Shown here: positions 18,338-28,008 of the stretch, piece by piece
How the letters are laid out: each line of letters begins with the position of its first letter
Numbering within the stretch: the first letter of the stretch is position 1
Translations under genes and position numbers: made by a program
Assembly: GCA_963677925.2 (NCBI GenBank)
Contig: CAXXYH010000003.1
Location: forward strand, 1,792,001 to 1,856,000
Length of the DNA: 64,000 nt
Origin: Spirochaetia bacterium
GTDB lineage: Bacteria; Spirochaetota; Spirochaetia; UBA9216
Reading direction: 5' to 3'
Notes under the pieces: model-generated
Databases searched by the model: none
What the model saw: only the letters and a program-made list of their open reading frames with translations
Told to the model about the DNA's origin: nothing

Positions 18338-19462
18338 TCAATCCCATGGAAATTTATAATCCATCTCCCATCTGTCTCTAAGAGCCGACATCTGGTTCCG
18401 GAGAACTTCCGGAACAGGACAGCCGTGCTCTTTTCTGTAATTCCAGGCAAGCCATTCCTTCTCGCCCGCTGTATAAATACGTTCTTCTCCCTCGGCTTTC
18501 TGAGAATTGCGCAGATCCCGCATTATCGAACCTGCGATTTTTGTAAAAATATCAATGCCGAGAAAGAAATCAATATTAATTGCCATAAAAAAGTGTCCAA
18601 GAGGATATGGTATCCGGTTGCCTTCTTCATCAAAACCGTTGAGGGCTTTAAGATACGAGCCGCCCTGAAGTGCCGCTGAAAGGACCTCAACAACCGTTGC
18701 ATAACCGAAGCCCTTATAGCCGCCGGTAATCTCTCCCAGTCCTCCGACGGGAGCCAGAGCAGCCTTGCCCTTTGTAAGATCCACCAGAATCTGATCGGTA
18801 TCAGTCCGTGTCTTTCCGTCCTTGCCGATAACCCAGCCCGGCGGCAGTTCCTTACCGGCTCTTGAGTACATCTCAATCTTTCCGCGCTGGGTAACCGAGG
18901 TAGCACAGTCCAGAACAAAGGGAAACTCTTCATCTGTGGGGAATCCGAATGTAATTGGGTTGGTCCCCAGCATGTTTTCAACACCGAAGGTCGGCGCAAT
19001 AGAGGGTCTGGCATTTGTACCGGTGATACCTATCATACCGGCTTCACTTGCCATTGTTACGTAGTAGCCTGCAATTCCGTAGTGGGTGGAATTCCTGACA
19101 GTAACCATTCCAAGACCGTTTTCCTTTGCCTTATCGATTGCCATCTGCATGGCCTTTTTACCGACAACATGGCCCATACCGTTATTACCGTCAAGAACTG
19201 CGGTAGTCGGAGTTTCCTTGATTACATCTATCTTTGTAACCGGGTTAAGAATTCCCCAGTCAATTCTATCTATATAAATAGGCTTAAGCCTTCCGATTCC
19301 GTGAGAATCTATTCCGCGTTTGTCCGACTCAATTAGGATATCCGAGACGATTGAAGCATCAGCCTCGGGCAGCCCGCTCTTAATCAGGCAGTCCTTCATA
19401 AAACTTTCAAGAACCTCAAAATCAATCCATACACAATCCGTATACGCATCCTGGTATGCCAT
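18338..19462 (-). CDS. Ldh_2-family (type 2 malate/L-lactate) dehydrogenase
   Basis: RGIDSHG, RNSTHYG, LGTNPI, LDCATS, GGYKGFG. Confidence 0.9.
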   Translation of the reverse strand: MAYQDAYTDCVWIDFEVLESFMKDCLIKSGLPEADASIVSDILIESDKRGIDSHGIGRLKPIYIDRIDWGILNPVTKIDVIKETPTTAVLDGNNGMGHVVGKKAMQMAIDKAKENGLGMVTVRNSTHYGIAGYYVTMASEAGMIGITGTNARPSIAPTFGVENMLGTNPITFGFPTDEEFPFVLDCATSVTQRGKIEMYSRAGKELPPGWVIGKDGKTRTDTDQILVDLTKGKAALAPVGGLGEITGGYKGFGYATVVEVLSAALQGGSYLKALNGFDEEGNRIPYPLGHFFMAINIDFFLGIDIFTKIAGSIMRDLRNSQKAEGEERIYTAGEKEWLAWNYRKEHGCPVPEVLRNQMSALRDRWEMDYKFPWD

Positions 19463-19477
19463 TTTATACCTCCATAA

Positions 19478-20266
19478 TCAGCCTTTACAGCCTTCCTTAA
19501 TTATTCTGATACCCGCCTCTTCAAAGTCGGGCCTGAAAGACTCATCAAAATCCCTGTCTGTTAGCAGAACATCGGCATTACTCAATGCTGTGGTAAAAAA
19601 GGTAGTTACTCTTCCAACCTTACTGCTGTCGGCGGCAACAATTACCGGTCCGGCAGTCTGTTCGATCATCATCTTGGTTACGGCAGCCTCCTGAGAAACC
19701 GGTGAAGTGATGCCGCTTTTAAGACTGATACCGTCTGCACCGATAAAAAGCTTTGTACCGCTTATCTGCCTTATCAGCTGGGAAGCAAAATCTCCGACAG
19801 TACATCCGGAGTTGGTGCGAAGTACTCCGCCAATTAAAATTATTTCGGTGTCCTCAGCAGGATTTGCCGAAGCGGCTGCAATAACATTGTTTGTTACGAT
19901 TCTTATGGAAGGAAGTGCCGCAATCACACGGATCAGATGGCTGGTTGTTGATCCGCTGTTTACGAAGACAGTATCTCCGGGTTCAATAAAATCAGCAGCG
20001 AGTGCGGCGATTGACTCCTTGGCATCAAGCCGCTCCGAATCTTTTTCACTGAAGCTGCTTTCATTCTTTATATGCCGGGTAAGTATTGCCCCGCCGTGAG
20101 TCCGTTCAAGCAGACCCTCCGACTCAAGCTCGGCAAGATCCCTGCGGATGGTAATGACCGATACATTGAAATGCTTTGAAAGCTCATCAACGCTTATGAA
20201 ACGGCGCTCCTGTATCAGCGATAGTATCTCGGTTCGTCTGCCCGCGGGAATAAGTCCATTTGACAT
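19478..20266 (-). CDS. DeoR/GlpR-family transcriptional regulator
   Basis: VSVITIRRDL..LERTHGGA HTH; NSGSTT; VTNN; ADSSK. Confidence 0.95.
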   Translation of the reverse strand: MSNGLIPAGRRTEILSLIQERRFISVDELSKHFNVSVITIRRDLAELESEGLLERTHGGAILTRHIKNESSFSEKDSERLDAKESIAALAADFIEPGDTVFVNSGSTTSHLIRVIAALPSIRIVTNNVIAAASANPAEDTEIILIGGVLRTNSGCTVGDFASQLIRQISGTKLFIGADGISLKSGITSPVSQEAAVTKMMIEQTAGPVIVAADSSKVGRVTTFFTTALSNADVLLTDRDFDESFRPDFEEAGIRIIKEGCKG

Positions 20267-20272
20267 ACTTAA

Positions 20273-20349
20273 AGTATAGCTGGAGAATGAACGTTTGTAA
20301 ATATAATATGAACGTTTTCGGTCTTATTATGACCGTTTTCGACCGTTTA
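20273..20349 (-). promoter_or_regulatory. Sigma70-type leaderless promoter with phased operator repeats
   Basis: Minus strand TTTACA-17-TATACT-6-ATG; ATGA(A/C)CGTTT repeats at 20287, 20308 and 20329 (21-bp period). Confidence 0.65.
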
Positions 20350-20565
20350 CTTCAGATATGAGGTACCCCTCTCATTTACAATACTTATAAAGTTTTCAAT
20401 TGATCTGTCTCCAGAGCTCTCCATATCAGCCGGGAAGTAGCAGGCAGGCAGTGCGCCCTTGGCCCTGTGGTTAGCCACACATTCACAGCAGATTCCCTTT
20501 CGCCCGCAGCTGAAAGTACAGTTGCAGAATTCCAGATTTCTTTCCTTGTTTTCACACTTAGTCAT
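20347..20565 (-). CDS. Small Cys-rich protein (DUF6485-like)
   Basis: CNCTFSCGRKGICCECVANH..LPACYFP; GAGGAG SD. Confidence 0.8.
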   Translation of the reverse strand: MTKCENKERNLEFCNCTFSCGRKGICCECVANHRAKGALPACYFPADMESSGDRSIENFISIVNERGTSYLK

Positions 20566-20595
20566 TTTTATTTCTCCTCTTAATATAGAACAGCT

Positions 20596-21381
20596 TCAGA
20601 ACGATGAAGTTAAAAAACTGCTTACCAGCTCTGTAAATTCATCGGGCTCTTCCGAATGTACCCAGTGACCTGCGCCATCAATAGTCTCAAGGTCAGCAGC
20701 AGGAAACAGCTGCATTATTAGCGGAATATATTCATCCTTAACGTAGTCGGATGCTCCGCCGCGTATAAAAAGTGCAGGTCCGCTGTAAACACGGCCGCCT
20801 TTAACCGGTTCCCAGATATTGCTGTAATGGGACGTTATTCCTTTCAGATTGATCCGCCATTTGTAGATTTCACCGTCTTTTTTAAGGTTGGTCAGAAAAA
20901 ACATCCTTAAGGCCCTGTCGGGAACAATTTCTTCAATCAGCTTTCCTGCATCAGAGCGCTTTTTAACTCCGGACAGATCAAGATCACGCAGAGCGTTGAT
21001 ATAGATGGAATATTCAGACTTATACTGAACAGGGGCAATATCAGCCACAACAATCGACTTCACCCGCGCAGGGTTTGCCAGAGCCGATTCCATTGACATC
21101 TTTCCGCCCATTGAATGTCCAACGATATGAAATTCCTGAAGCCTGAGATGATCTGCAAGTTCAATCAAATCTGCAGCCATCAGCGGATAACTCATCTCAT
21201 CCGAGTGAAAAGATTCTCCATGGTTCCGCAAATCAACAGTTATAATCCGAAACTTCCCCGGCGCAGATCTATCAAGCTTTTTTACAATGGTTCCCCAGTT
21301 CTCAGCATTTCCCAGCAGGCCGTGAAGAAAAAAAACCGGAACAGGGGCTTCCGGATTGGTTATTTTATAATTAAGCAGCAC
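20596..21381 (-). CDS. Alpha/beta hydrolase (YbfF/ABHD11-like esterase); start revised to GTG at 21381
   Basis: LHGLLG, DLRNHGES, GHSMGG nucleophile elbow, DIAP, AGHWVH. Confidence 0.88.
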   Translation of the reverse strand: MLLNYKITNPEAPVPVFFLHGLLGNAENWGTIVKKLDRSAPGKFRIITVDLRNHGESFHSDEMSYPLMAADLIELADHLRLQEFHIVGHSMGGKMSMESALANPARVKSIVVADIAPVQYKSEYSIYINALRDLDLSGVKKRSDAGKLIEEIVPDRALRMFFLTNLKKDGEIYKWRINLKGITSHYSNIWEPVKGGRVYSGPALFIRGGASDYVKDEYIPLIMQLFPAADLETIDGAGHWVHSEEPDEFTELVSSFLTSSF

Positions 21382-21382
21382 T

Positions 21383-22186
21383 TCAGCTCTCTTCCTCTGA
21401 TTTTTTCCCCGTTTTCGGCGGAATATCCACGACCCCATCCAGAATATAATTCGGCCTGTATGCAAAGCGGTTAATATCATCACGGCTTGTGACGCCGCTT
21501 AAGACCAGTACAGTTTCAATCTCGGCTTCTATTCCGGAGATAACATCAGTATCCATACGGTCTCCGACAATTACAGTATCTTCGCGCTTGGATTCAAGCC
21601 TTTTAAGGGCATGCCTCATCATAAGCGGATTCGGCTTCCCTACAAAGTAGGCTTTATTACCGGTTGCAAGTTCTATCGGAGCCATCAGGGCTCCTGTAGC
21701 CGGAGAAATTCCGCCTTCAATAGGACCTGTCAGATCAGGATTGGTACCTATGAGCTTGGCTCCGCGCATTATAAGATTAACTGCATGCTCCAGCATATCC
21801 ATGTTGTAGGTTTTCGATTCACCGACAACTACATAGTCGGGGTTTACATCATTCATGGTAAAACCGGCATTGTAGAGGGCATTTATAAGACCCGCTTCAC
21901 CGATAACAAAAACTGAACCGCCCGGCTGCTGCTGTTCCAGAAAACCGGCAGTTGCGAGAGCGCTGGTATAGAAATGCTCTTTTTCAACCTCAACACCAAG
22001 TCTGGCCAGTTTCTGCTGAAGCTCAAGGGGTGAGCGCTGACTGCTGTTTGTAAGAAACAGAAACTTTTTATCTTCATCCTTAAGCCAGTTAACAAATTCC
22101 TTCACTCCTGGAAGCAAACGGTTTCCATGATATATAACACCGTCCATATCGCATATGAACGCCTTTTTGTCCCTTAAATCATCCAT
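21383..22186 (-). CDS. HAD-IIA hydrolase (NagD-like)
   Basis: CDMDGVIY, LTNSS, TNPD, VGKPNP, VGDRMDTD. Confidence 0.93.
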   Translation of the reverse strand: MDDLRDKKAFICDMDGVIYHGNRLLPGVKEFVNWLKDEDKKFLFLTNSSQRSPLELQQKLARLGVEVEKEHFYTSALATAGFLEQQQPGGSVFVIGEAGLINALYNAGFTMNDVNPDYVVVGESKTYNMDMLEHAVNLIMRGAKLIGTNPDLTGPIEGGISPATGALMAPIELATGNKAYFVGKPNPLMMRHALKRLESKREDTVIVGDRMDTDVISGIEAEIETVLVLSGVTSRDDINRFAYRPNYILDGVVDIPPKTGKKSEEES

Positions 22187-22203
22187 AATTCACCTCTTCT
22201 TCA

Positions 22204-22830
22204 TTATATTTTATAACTCAATGTTAATCCATGACCTACCGGAAGTATACTGCTGTATAAATCCTTACGGGCAAAGACCATGCGGTTGTACAGGTCTGTG
22301 TGCCGTCCCAGATTCGGCCTGACTGAATCTTCAACTGCAAACAGAGTATCCTCGGCAATAATCAGTCCGCCCTCTTTCAGGAGCGACACAGTCCGATCGA
22401 GAAGCTGGGGATAAAGATACTTGCCGCAGTCCTGAAATACAATATCAAAGGGGCCGTCAAGCTGCTGAATGATCTCTTCCGCGTCACCTGAAATCGCAGT
22501 TACAATATCATCATATCCTGCAGTCCGGTAATTCTCTAAGGCTTCAAGATGCAGACGGTGTTTTGAATCAATGGTAGTAAGATGCCCGCCCGTAATCCTG
22601 AGCGCTTCAAGAAACCAGAGCCCCGAGCTCCCGTTGCTGCTTCCCAGTTCGAGTACTGCTTTTGCATTCATCAGTCTTACAAGCAGGGAAAGAAAACTGC
22701 CGACCTCGGGTTCGACTTCCGGCTGTACATCATTTCGCCTGCTGTTAGCCTCGGCAATCACGCTGATAACGCCGTTTCCGGGCTTTATAAAGCCTCTAAG
22801 GTATTCAAGTTTATCATCAATATCCTTCAT
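22204..22830 (-). CDS. Class I SAM-dependent O-methyltransferase (YrrM/COMT-like)
   Basis: VLELGSSNGSS, GDA, FDIVFQDCGK, LKEGGLII. Confidence 0.88.
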   Translation of the reverse strand: MKDIDDKLEYLRGFIKPGNGVISVIAEANSRRNDVQPEVEPEVGSFLSLLVRLMNAKAVLELGSSNGSSGLWFLEALRITGGHLTTIDSKHRLHLEALENYRTAGYDDIVTAISGDAEEIIQQLDGPFDIVFQDCGKYLYPQLLDRTVSLLKEGGLIIAEDTLFAVEDSVRPNLGRHTDLYNRMVFARKDLYSSILPVGHGLTLSYKI

Positions 22831-22888
22831 GACGGAATTCTATAACAAAAGTAACACCTTTGTAAGGTAGCCGTGTTATATTTTATCT

Positions 22889-23158
22889 ATGGATGTAAAC
22901 GAAGAAAAATATGAAAGAGCACGCAAACGTGCCCAGGAAAAAATGGGGTTCTTGAGACATCTTGTAACATACATTGTTACGATGGTCTTTCTGGCAGTTG
23001 TCAACAACATGACATGGGGAGGCTACCAGTGGTGGCTTTGGGCAGCACTGGGATGGGGAATAGGAGTTGTTTCTCACTTCTTTCAGGTATATGCCTTTAA
23101 AAACAGCAGCCTTGAAAGAAGACTCATAGAGAAAGAACTGGAAGATATGGAAGACTGA
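22889..23158 (+). CDS. 2TM-domain membrane protein
   Basis: YERARKR..GFLRHLVTY..WAALGWGIGVVSH. Confidence 0.88.
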   Translation: MDVNEEKYERARKRAQEKMGFLRHLVTYIVTMVFLAVVNNMTWGGYQWWLWAALGWGIGVVSHFFQVYAFKNSSLERRLIEKELEDMED

Positions 23159-23162
23159 GATT

Positions 23163-24047
23163 ATGAGAAGATCTTCGCTTGATTTTATAAATGTTATCGG
23201 CTTCCTTGCAGTTCTCGGTCTGGTCGTTTTTTCGGCTTATACAATGATTTTCAGTAAACCGTATTTTATGGGCGGATTCAGAGACGGATTCCGGGATGGG
23301 TTCAGCAGCGACGACTCATGGTCCTCCGAAAGTGAAGCGGATGAATCGGGCAGCTTTAGTGCCGAATCTGATGTTTCCTATCTGGATATCTCAAATGTAT
23401 CCGGAGATATATCGGTAAAAAGCTCCTCCGGAAGCCTCGTAGAAGTTGAATACTACAAGCACGGTCCGGGAAGGCTCCCTGATTATAAAGTCGAGTACTC
23501 GGGCGAAACAATGATCCTTAAAGCAGTCTATCCCAAAACACCCGGGATTACAGGTTCAATTGATTTCGTACTGATGGTGCCTTCATCCCTGACTGAAATC
23601 GAGGCTTCAACAGTGAGTGGTAAAATTAAAATTGATGAACTTGAATCTGAAACCACGCAGAAACTCAACACAACCTCCGGCTCAATTTCAACAGAGGGCG
23701 CATATGAGCTTGACGCGAAGAGCGTAAGCGGCAGTATTGATTTCAAGGCCCACGGCGGAGATATAAGGGCAACCACAACCTCCGGCCGAATCAGCGGCGA
23801 GAGCGGCTCGGTAATTGACGGCCGAAGCAGAATAACTATAAAATCTGTTTCAGGCGGAGTAAGACTGAAGCTTGATGAACTTGATAATGCGGATATTGAT
23901 CTGCATTCTGTAAGCGGTTCGGTGAATACCGATTTTCCTGTAATGGTAAGCTCCGTTAAAAATAACACAATAAAGGGAAAAATAGGAGACGGAGGAAGCA
24001 GTATTGAGATGAATACTGTTTCCGGTTCTATTAAGCTCAGTGAATGA
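23163..24047 (+). CDS. DUF4097-type beta-repeat membrane-anchored protein
   Basis: N-terminal TM; repeated [NTS]VSG[DSK]I / TTSG[SR]I units. Confidence 0.88.
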   Translation: MRRSSLDFINVIGFLAVLGLVVFSAYTMIFSKPYFMGGFRDGFRDGFSSDDSWSSESEADESGSFSAESDVSYLDISNVSGDISVKSSSGSLVEVEYYKHGPGRLPDYKVEYSGETMILKAVYPKTPGITGSIDFVLMVPSSLTEIEASTVSGKIKIDELESETTQKLNTTSGSISTEGAYELDAKSVSGSIDFKAHGGDIRATTTSGRISGESGSVIDGRSRITIKSVSGGVRLKLDELDNADIDLHSVSGSVNTDFPVMVSSVKNNTIKGKIGDGGSSIEMNTVSGSIKLSE

Positions 24048-24895
24048 ATGGATTAATACTCGAGGGCGGTGGAATGCGCGGAGCCTTCACCGCCGGTGTT
24101 CTTGATGCATTTTTGGAAAAAGAACTTTACTTCGATTATGTATGCGGTGTTTCAGCCGGTGCAAGCAACGGCGCTTCATATATATCAAGGCAGAAGGGCA
24201 GAAACCGCAAAATATTTGTCGAGAAAACAAAAGAGTTCAGCTATTTCAGCCTGAAACACTTCCCGAAACAAAAGAGCTTCCTTGATATCAGACTTCTTTT
24301 CGACACCTACCCGAATAAGCTTGTACCCTTTGATTATAAAACCTTTGATTCAAACCCTGCCCTCTTCAAGGTCTGCCTGACAGACTGTGAAACAGGGAAG
24401 CCTGAATATGTAGAGCGGCACAGTGTCGATCATGAAGAGTTTATGATGAAAATACTTGCCGGCTCAAACAGCCTGCCTCTTGTTTCTCCACCGGTGCAGC
24501 ATATGGGCAGAAAGTTTCTTGACGGAGGCTTAAGCGACTCAATTCCGGCAGAAAAGGCCTTTGAGGACGGCTGCAGAAAATGTGTGGTCATACTTACAAG
24601 GGAAGACGGGTACAGGAAAAAGCCGTCAAAATCAGCAGGAATTACCTCCCTGCTCTACAATGGAATGCCGGGAGTCGGAACAGCTCTTAAAAGCAGACAC
24701 CTTGAATACAACAGGTCGCTTGACTACTGCGAAAAGCAGGAACGTTCCGGAATGGTTTTCCGTATACTTCCGGACGAAACAATGGATGTGGGAAGGACCG
24801 AATCAGATTTTAAAAAACTGGACAGCCTTTACAGACACGGATATGAAAAAGGTCTTAAACTTCACCCTTCAATAACTGAATTCCTGTTCTCCTGA
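24044..24895 (+). CDS. Patatin-like phospholipase (YjjU-like)
   Basis: LEGGGMRG, GVSAG, DGG motifs. Confidence 0.92.
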   Translation: MNGLILEGGGMRGAFTAGVLDAFLEKELYFDYVCGVSAGASNGASYISRQKGRNRKIFVEKTKEFSYFSLKHFPKQKSFLDIRLLFDTYPNKLVPFDYKTFDSNPALFKVCLTDCETGKPEYVERHSVDHEEFMMKILAGSNSLPLVSPPVQHMGRKFLDGGLSDSIPAEKAFEDGCRKCVVILTREDGYRKKPSKSAGITSLLYNGMPGVGTALKSRHLEYNRSLDYCEKQERSGMVFRILPDETMDVGRTESDFKKLDSLYRHGYEKGLKLHPSITEFLFS

Positions 24896-25824
24896 GACAA
24901 GCCGGCTTCCCTCCTGACTATTATCAGACATCCTGACAGAAGGACAAGGCTTCCGGCAATCTGAATCAAACTGAGCCGCTCATCAAAAAGAAAAAATGAA
25001 ACTATAGAAGCAATCACAGGAATCAACAGTCCGATGGTTGAACTGAACATGATACCGACCATTTTTATAGATGTGTAATAAAAGGAATACGCCAGACCAA
25101 TCCCTACAAGGCTTGAAACGGCAAGTACAGCCCATGCGGACATCGGGGCTTCAGGAAGTATTATCCGGCCCCCACCTTCAAAGAGCATTGTGATAACAAA
25201 CAGCGGAACAACAATTGTAAAAAGAAAGCTTGTTGCAAAATAGGATTCCACCGGAGGAACTCTGGTTTTTATCATGAAAGTGAATAAAGCCCATGAGGCT
25301 GATGAAATGAGAATATAAATAACACCCCTGACAGAATTTCCGCCGGCGGCAGCTGAGGACCCGCTGCTGAGGACTTCAGGAATCAGAGTAAAAGCCAGAC
25401 CGGTCAGCGTGATGATAATTCCTGTTCTAAGAATCCTGTCACGTAAAAAATATCTTTCCGAAGGTATAAAAAGGTAGCTCAGCAGAAAAGAGAATAGAAG
25501 AGTCGACTCCTCGAGTATGGCAGTGATACCGGGAAATAGAAGAAAAACTCCTGCTATCAGAAAATACTGGTGTGTAAAATTAAAAACAGCCGTCAAAATC
25601 AGTGAGGGGACATGCTTTTTCATAAGAACAAACCTCGAACGCAGGCTTGATTTACGCAGACTGACTGCCGTAAAAATCCAGAGTATGACAAGCGACAGGC
25701 TGTATCTGAAGAAATTCTGAAAGCCTACGGAGAACCAGTCTTTAACAAGCCTGATAAGAGTCGGACTGACAGCCCAGCAGAGAACAGACAGCAGGCTGAA
25801 AAGCATGGCGGTTTTTCTTTTCAT
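24862..25824 (-). CDS. DMT/EamA-family transporter
   Basis: About 10 hydrophobic helices in two repeats; FLFDERLS..GSLVLLSG C-terminus. Confidence 0.85.
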   Translation of the reverse strand: MKRKTAMLFSLLSVLCWAVSPTLIRLVKDWFSVGFQNFFRYSLSLVILWIFTAVSLRKSSLRSRFVLMKKHVPSLILTAVFNFTHQYFLIAGVFLLFPGITAILEESTLLFSFLLSYLFIPSERYFLRDRILRTGIIITLTGLAFTLIPEVLSSGSSAAAGGNSVRGVIYILISSASWALFTFMIKTRVPPVESYFATSFLFTIVVPLFVITMLFEGGGRIILPEAPMSAWAVLAVSSLVGIGLAYSFYYTSIKMVGIMFSSTIGLLIPVIASIVSFFLFDERLSLIQIAGSLVLLSGCLIIVRREAGLSQENRNSVIEG

Positions 25825-25909
25825 TGAAACAATATATGATTATTCATAAGTATTTGCCATCGCTCTGATTTATTATTAGAATTATGACAGACGGATATTA
25901 TTTTTTGCT

Positions 25910-26848
25910 ATGAACAATAATTCAAAAACCGGACAAGGAGTAAGGAATATCATTTTTATCATAATTGCAGCTGCAGTCCTTATCATCCTCCTATCAACAG
26001 CACCCTTTCTTATATCAGGAAAAGTTGATGCCGTACCGGTTTCTTTTTATTTTGAACAGAATACTCACCCGGACCACACCGGATATCATACCAGCGATTT
26101 CTCTGTAATGTCGCTTAATATCGGGCACGGCAGGGGCGGCGGCTTCCATCAGATGACACAGGGCCGGAAGAAAATCACATCCAATGCCGATTACATCTCT
26201 GAAATCGTGATGAAGGAAGACATAACGATTACCGCGCTGCAGGAAGTTGACGGACCGGGGCTCTGGAACGGCGGACTTGATTTGATTGAACACCTTGCTG
26301 AATCATCCGGTTATGCACACGGGATATGGACCAAGAATGTTGATATCCCGGCACTCAGCTACGGGACTGCGGTATTAAGCAGCCTCCCCTACTCAACCGC
26401 TGAATCTTTTACCTTCAGGGCAAGACCGGTAGTTCTTCCAAAAGGCTTCACGCTCGGAGTATTCAGAGTATCTGAAACTGACGACCGTCATGTCTGTGTG
26501 GTATCTGTCCATCTGGACCCGATATTCAGTTTGATGAGAAGAAAACAGGCTGATGCTATCATTGAAAAGCTTGCCGCATACGACTACCCTGTGATAATTG
26601 CCGGAGACTTCAACTGCGGATGGAGAACGGGCTCGGCTGTCCAGTATCTTGCCGAAAAACTCAACCTGCAGGCATGGGAGCCTGAATCAAAAAAATACCC
26701 GACAAGACTGCCGGGCAAAAGACGTCTGGACTGGATTTTAATCTCAGACGAAATGGAATTTGTTCATTATGAAACTCTGCCCTACATACTGTCGGATCAC
26801 TCCGCAGTAAGGGCAGATATACGTTTCAAAGAACAGCAGGTTTATTAA
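25910..26848 (+). CDS. Endonuclease/exonuclease/phosphatase-family protein, membrane-anchored
   Basis: MSLNI, ALQEVD, SVHL, IAGDFN, RLDWI, LSDH. Confidence 0.9.
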   Translation: MNNNSKTGQGVRNIIFIIIAAAVLIILLSTAPFLISGKVDAVPVSFYFEQNTHPDHTGYHTSDFSVMSLNIGHGRGGGFHQMTQGRKKITSNADYISEIVMKEDITITALQEVDGPGLWNGGLDLIEHLAESSGYAHGIWTKNVDIPALSYGTAVLSSLPYSTAESFTFRARPVVLPKGFTLGVFRVSETDDRHVCVVSVHLDPIFSLMRRKQADAIIEKLAAYDYPVIIAGDFNCGWRTGSAVQYLAEKLNLQAWEPESKKYPTRLPGKRRLDWILISDEMEFVHYETLPYILSDHSAVRADIRFKEQQVY

Positions 26849-27006
26849 TCTTCAGGTGAGAAATCATCCTTGGATGCGCCGCACATTGGACAAACCCAGT
26901 CTTCGGGGATATCTGCAAATGCAGTTCCAGCTGCTACACCGTTATCAGGATCACCTTCTGACGGATCATAAACATATCCGCATACATCACATACATACTT
27001 CTGCAT
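26845..27006 (-). CDS. Rubredoxin (53 aa; below the ORF-track cutoff)
   Basis: Manual translation [53 protein letters not shown]; AAGGAG SD. Confidence 0.97.
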   Translation of the reverse strand: MQKYVCDVCGYVYDPSEGDPDNGVAAGTAFADIPEDWVCPMCGASKDDFSPED

Positions 27007-27021
27007 CTTATTACTCCTTAA

Positions 27022-27405
27022 TTAGTTGCTTTTCCACAAACCGTGAAGGTTACAGTATTCACGGGCTGTTACATTATCATGGGCTCCACACATGAACTCA
27101 GCTACAGGCTGATCTCCGGGGGCCAGGAATTTCTTACCGCTCTTGCCGTCAAAATTAATCTCGATCCATTCAATAAAATGTTCATCAAGCATAGGATGGA
27201 GAGTACTTCCAACAGTCACCTTGTAACCGCCGTCGATAGCCTCGATCACAGGTACATGCTTTTCGGTTGATGAATCAGCTGCTTTTTCTTCCAGCTTATC
27301 CATTGGTTGTCCGCAGCAGACGAGATCGCCGCCGCCAGCATGCAGAACTTCTACGACATTACCGCAAAGACTGCATTTGTAAACTTCTTTTTTTTCTTTT
27401 GTCAT
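27022..27405 (-). CDS. dfx: Desulfoferrodoxin (2Fe superoxide reductase)
   Basis: [35 protein letters not shown]. Confidence 0.96.
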   Translation of the reverse strand: MTKEKKEVYKCSLCGNVVEVLHAGGGDLVCCGQPMDKLEEKAADSSTEKHVPVIEAIDGGYKVTVGSTLHPMLDEHFIEWIEINFDGKSGKKFLAPGDQPVAEFMCGAHDNVTAREYCNLHGLWKSN

Positions 27406-27416
27406 TTGGCTCTCCT

Positions 27417-27992
27417 TTACCAGTTTTCACCAAGTATTTCAAAATATGCCTTCGGATGTGCACAGGCCGGACAAACTTCAGGGGCTGATTCCGCCTCATG
27501 AAGATAGCCGCAGTTTAGACATCTCCAGACTGTTTTTTCGCTTCTTTTAAAAACTTCTCCGCTTTCAATGTTAGCGAGAAGATCCTTGTATCGTTTTTCA
27601 TGCTGCTTTTCCGAAACACTTACAGCCTCATACATATCTGCAACAGCCTTAAAGCCTTCTTCCCTTGCAATTTTTGCAAAGCCCGGATAAAGGTCGGTCC
27701 ATTCTTCATTCTCGCCTGCTGCAGCTTCAGCAAGATTTTCCGCAGTTGTACCGATTTTTCCAGCAGGATATGAAGCAGTAATCTCTACCATTCCGCCCTC
27801 AAGGAATTTGAACATTCTTTTTGCATGTTCTTTTTCCTGATCTGCGGTTTCTTCAAATATCTTTGATATCTGAACATAACCTTCTTTTTTTGCTACGCTG
27901 GCGAAATAGGTATACCTGTTTCTTGCCTGAGACTCACCCGCGAAGGATTTAAGAAGACATTTTTCCGTCTCTGTACCTTTTAAATTACTCAT
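27417..27992 (-). CDS. rbr: Rubrerythrin
   Basis: [42 protein letters not shown]. Confidence 0.97.
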   Translation of the reverse strand: MSNLKGTETEKCLLKSFAGESQARNRYTYFASVAKKEGYVQISKIFEETADQEKEHAKRMFKFLEGGMVEITASYPAGKIGTTAENLAEAAAGENEEWTDLYPGFAKIAREEGFKAVADMYEAVSVSEKQHEKRYKDLLANIESGEVFKRSEKTVWRCLNCGYLHEAESAPEVCPACAHPKAYFEILGENW

Positions 27993-28008
27993 TTTACCCT
28001 CTCTATGA

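Noticed and set aside
18523-19014. 163-aa same-strand alternative-frame ORF inside the Ldh_2 gene
   Set aside because: No recognizable motifs or SD; Arg/Leu/Pro-rich composition typical of off-frame translation
21382-21483. N-terminal extension of the esterase overlapping the HAD gene by 100 bp
   Set aside because: GTG at 21381 directly after the HAD stop gives a family-typical length
26856-27095. His-rich 79-aa plus-strand ORF
   Set aside because: It is the antisense shadow of the rubredoxin gene and the end of dfx
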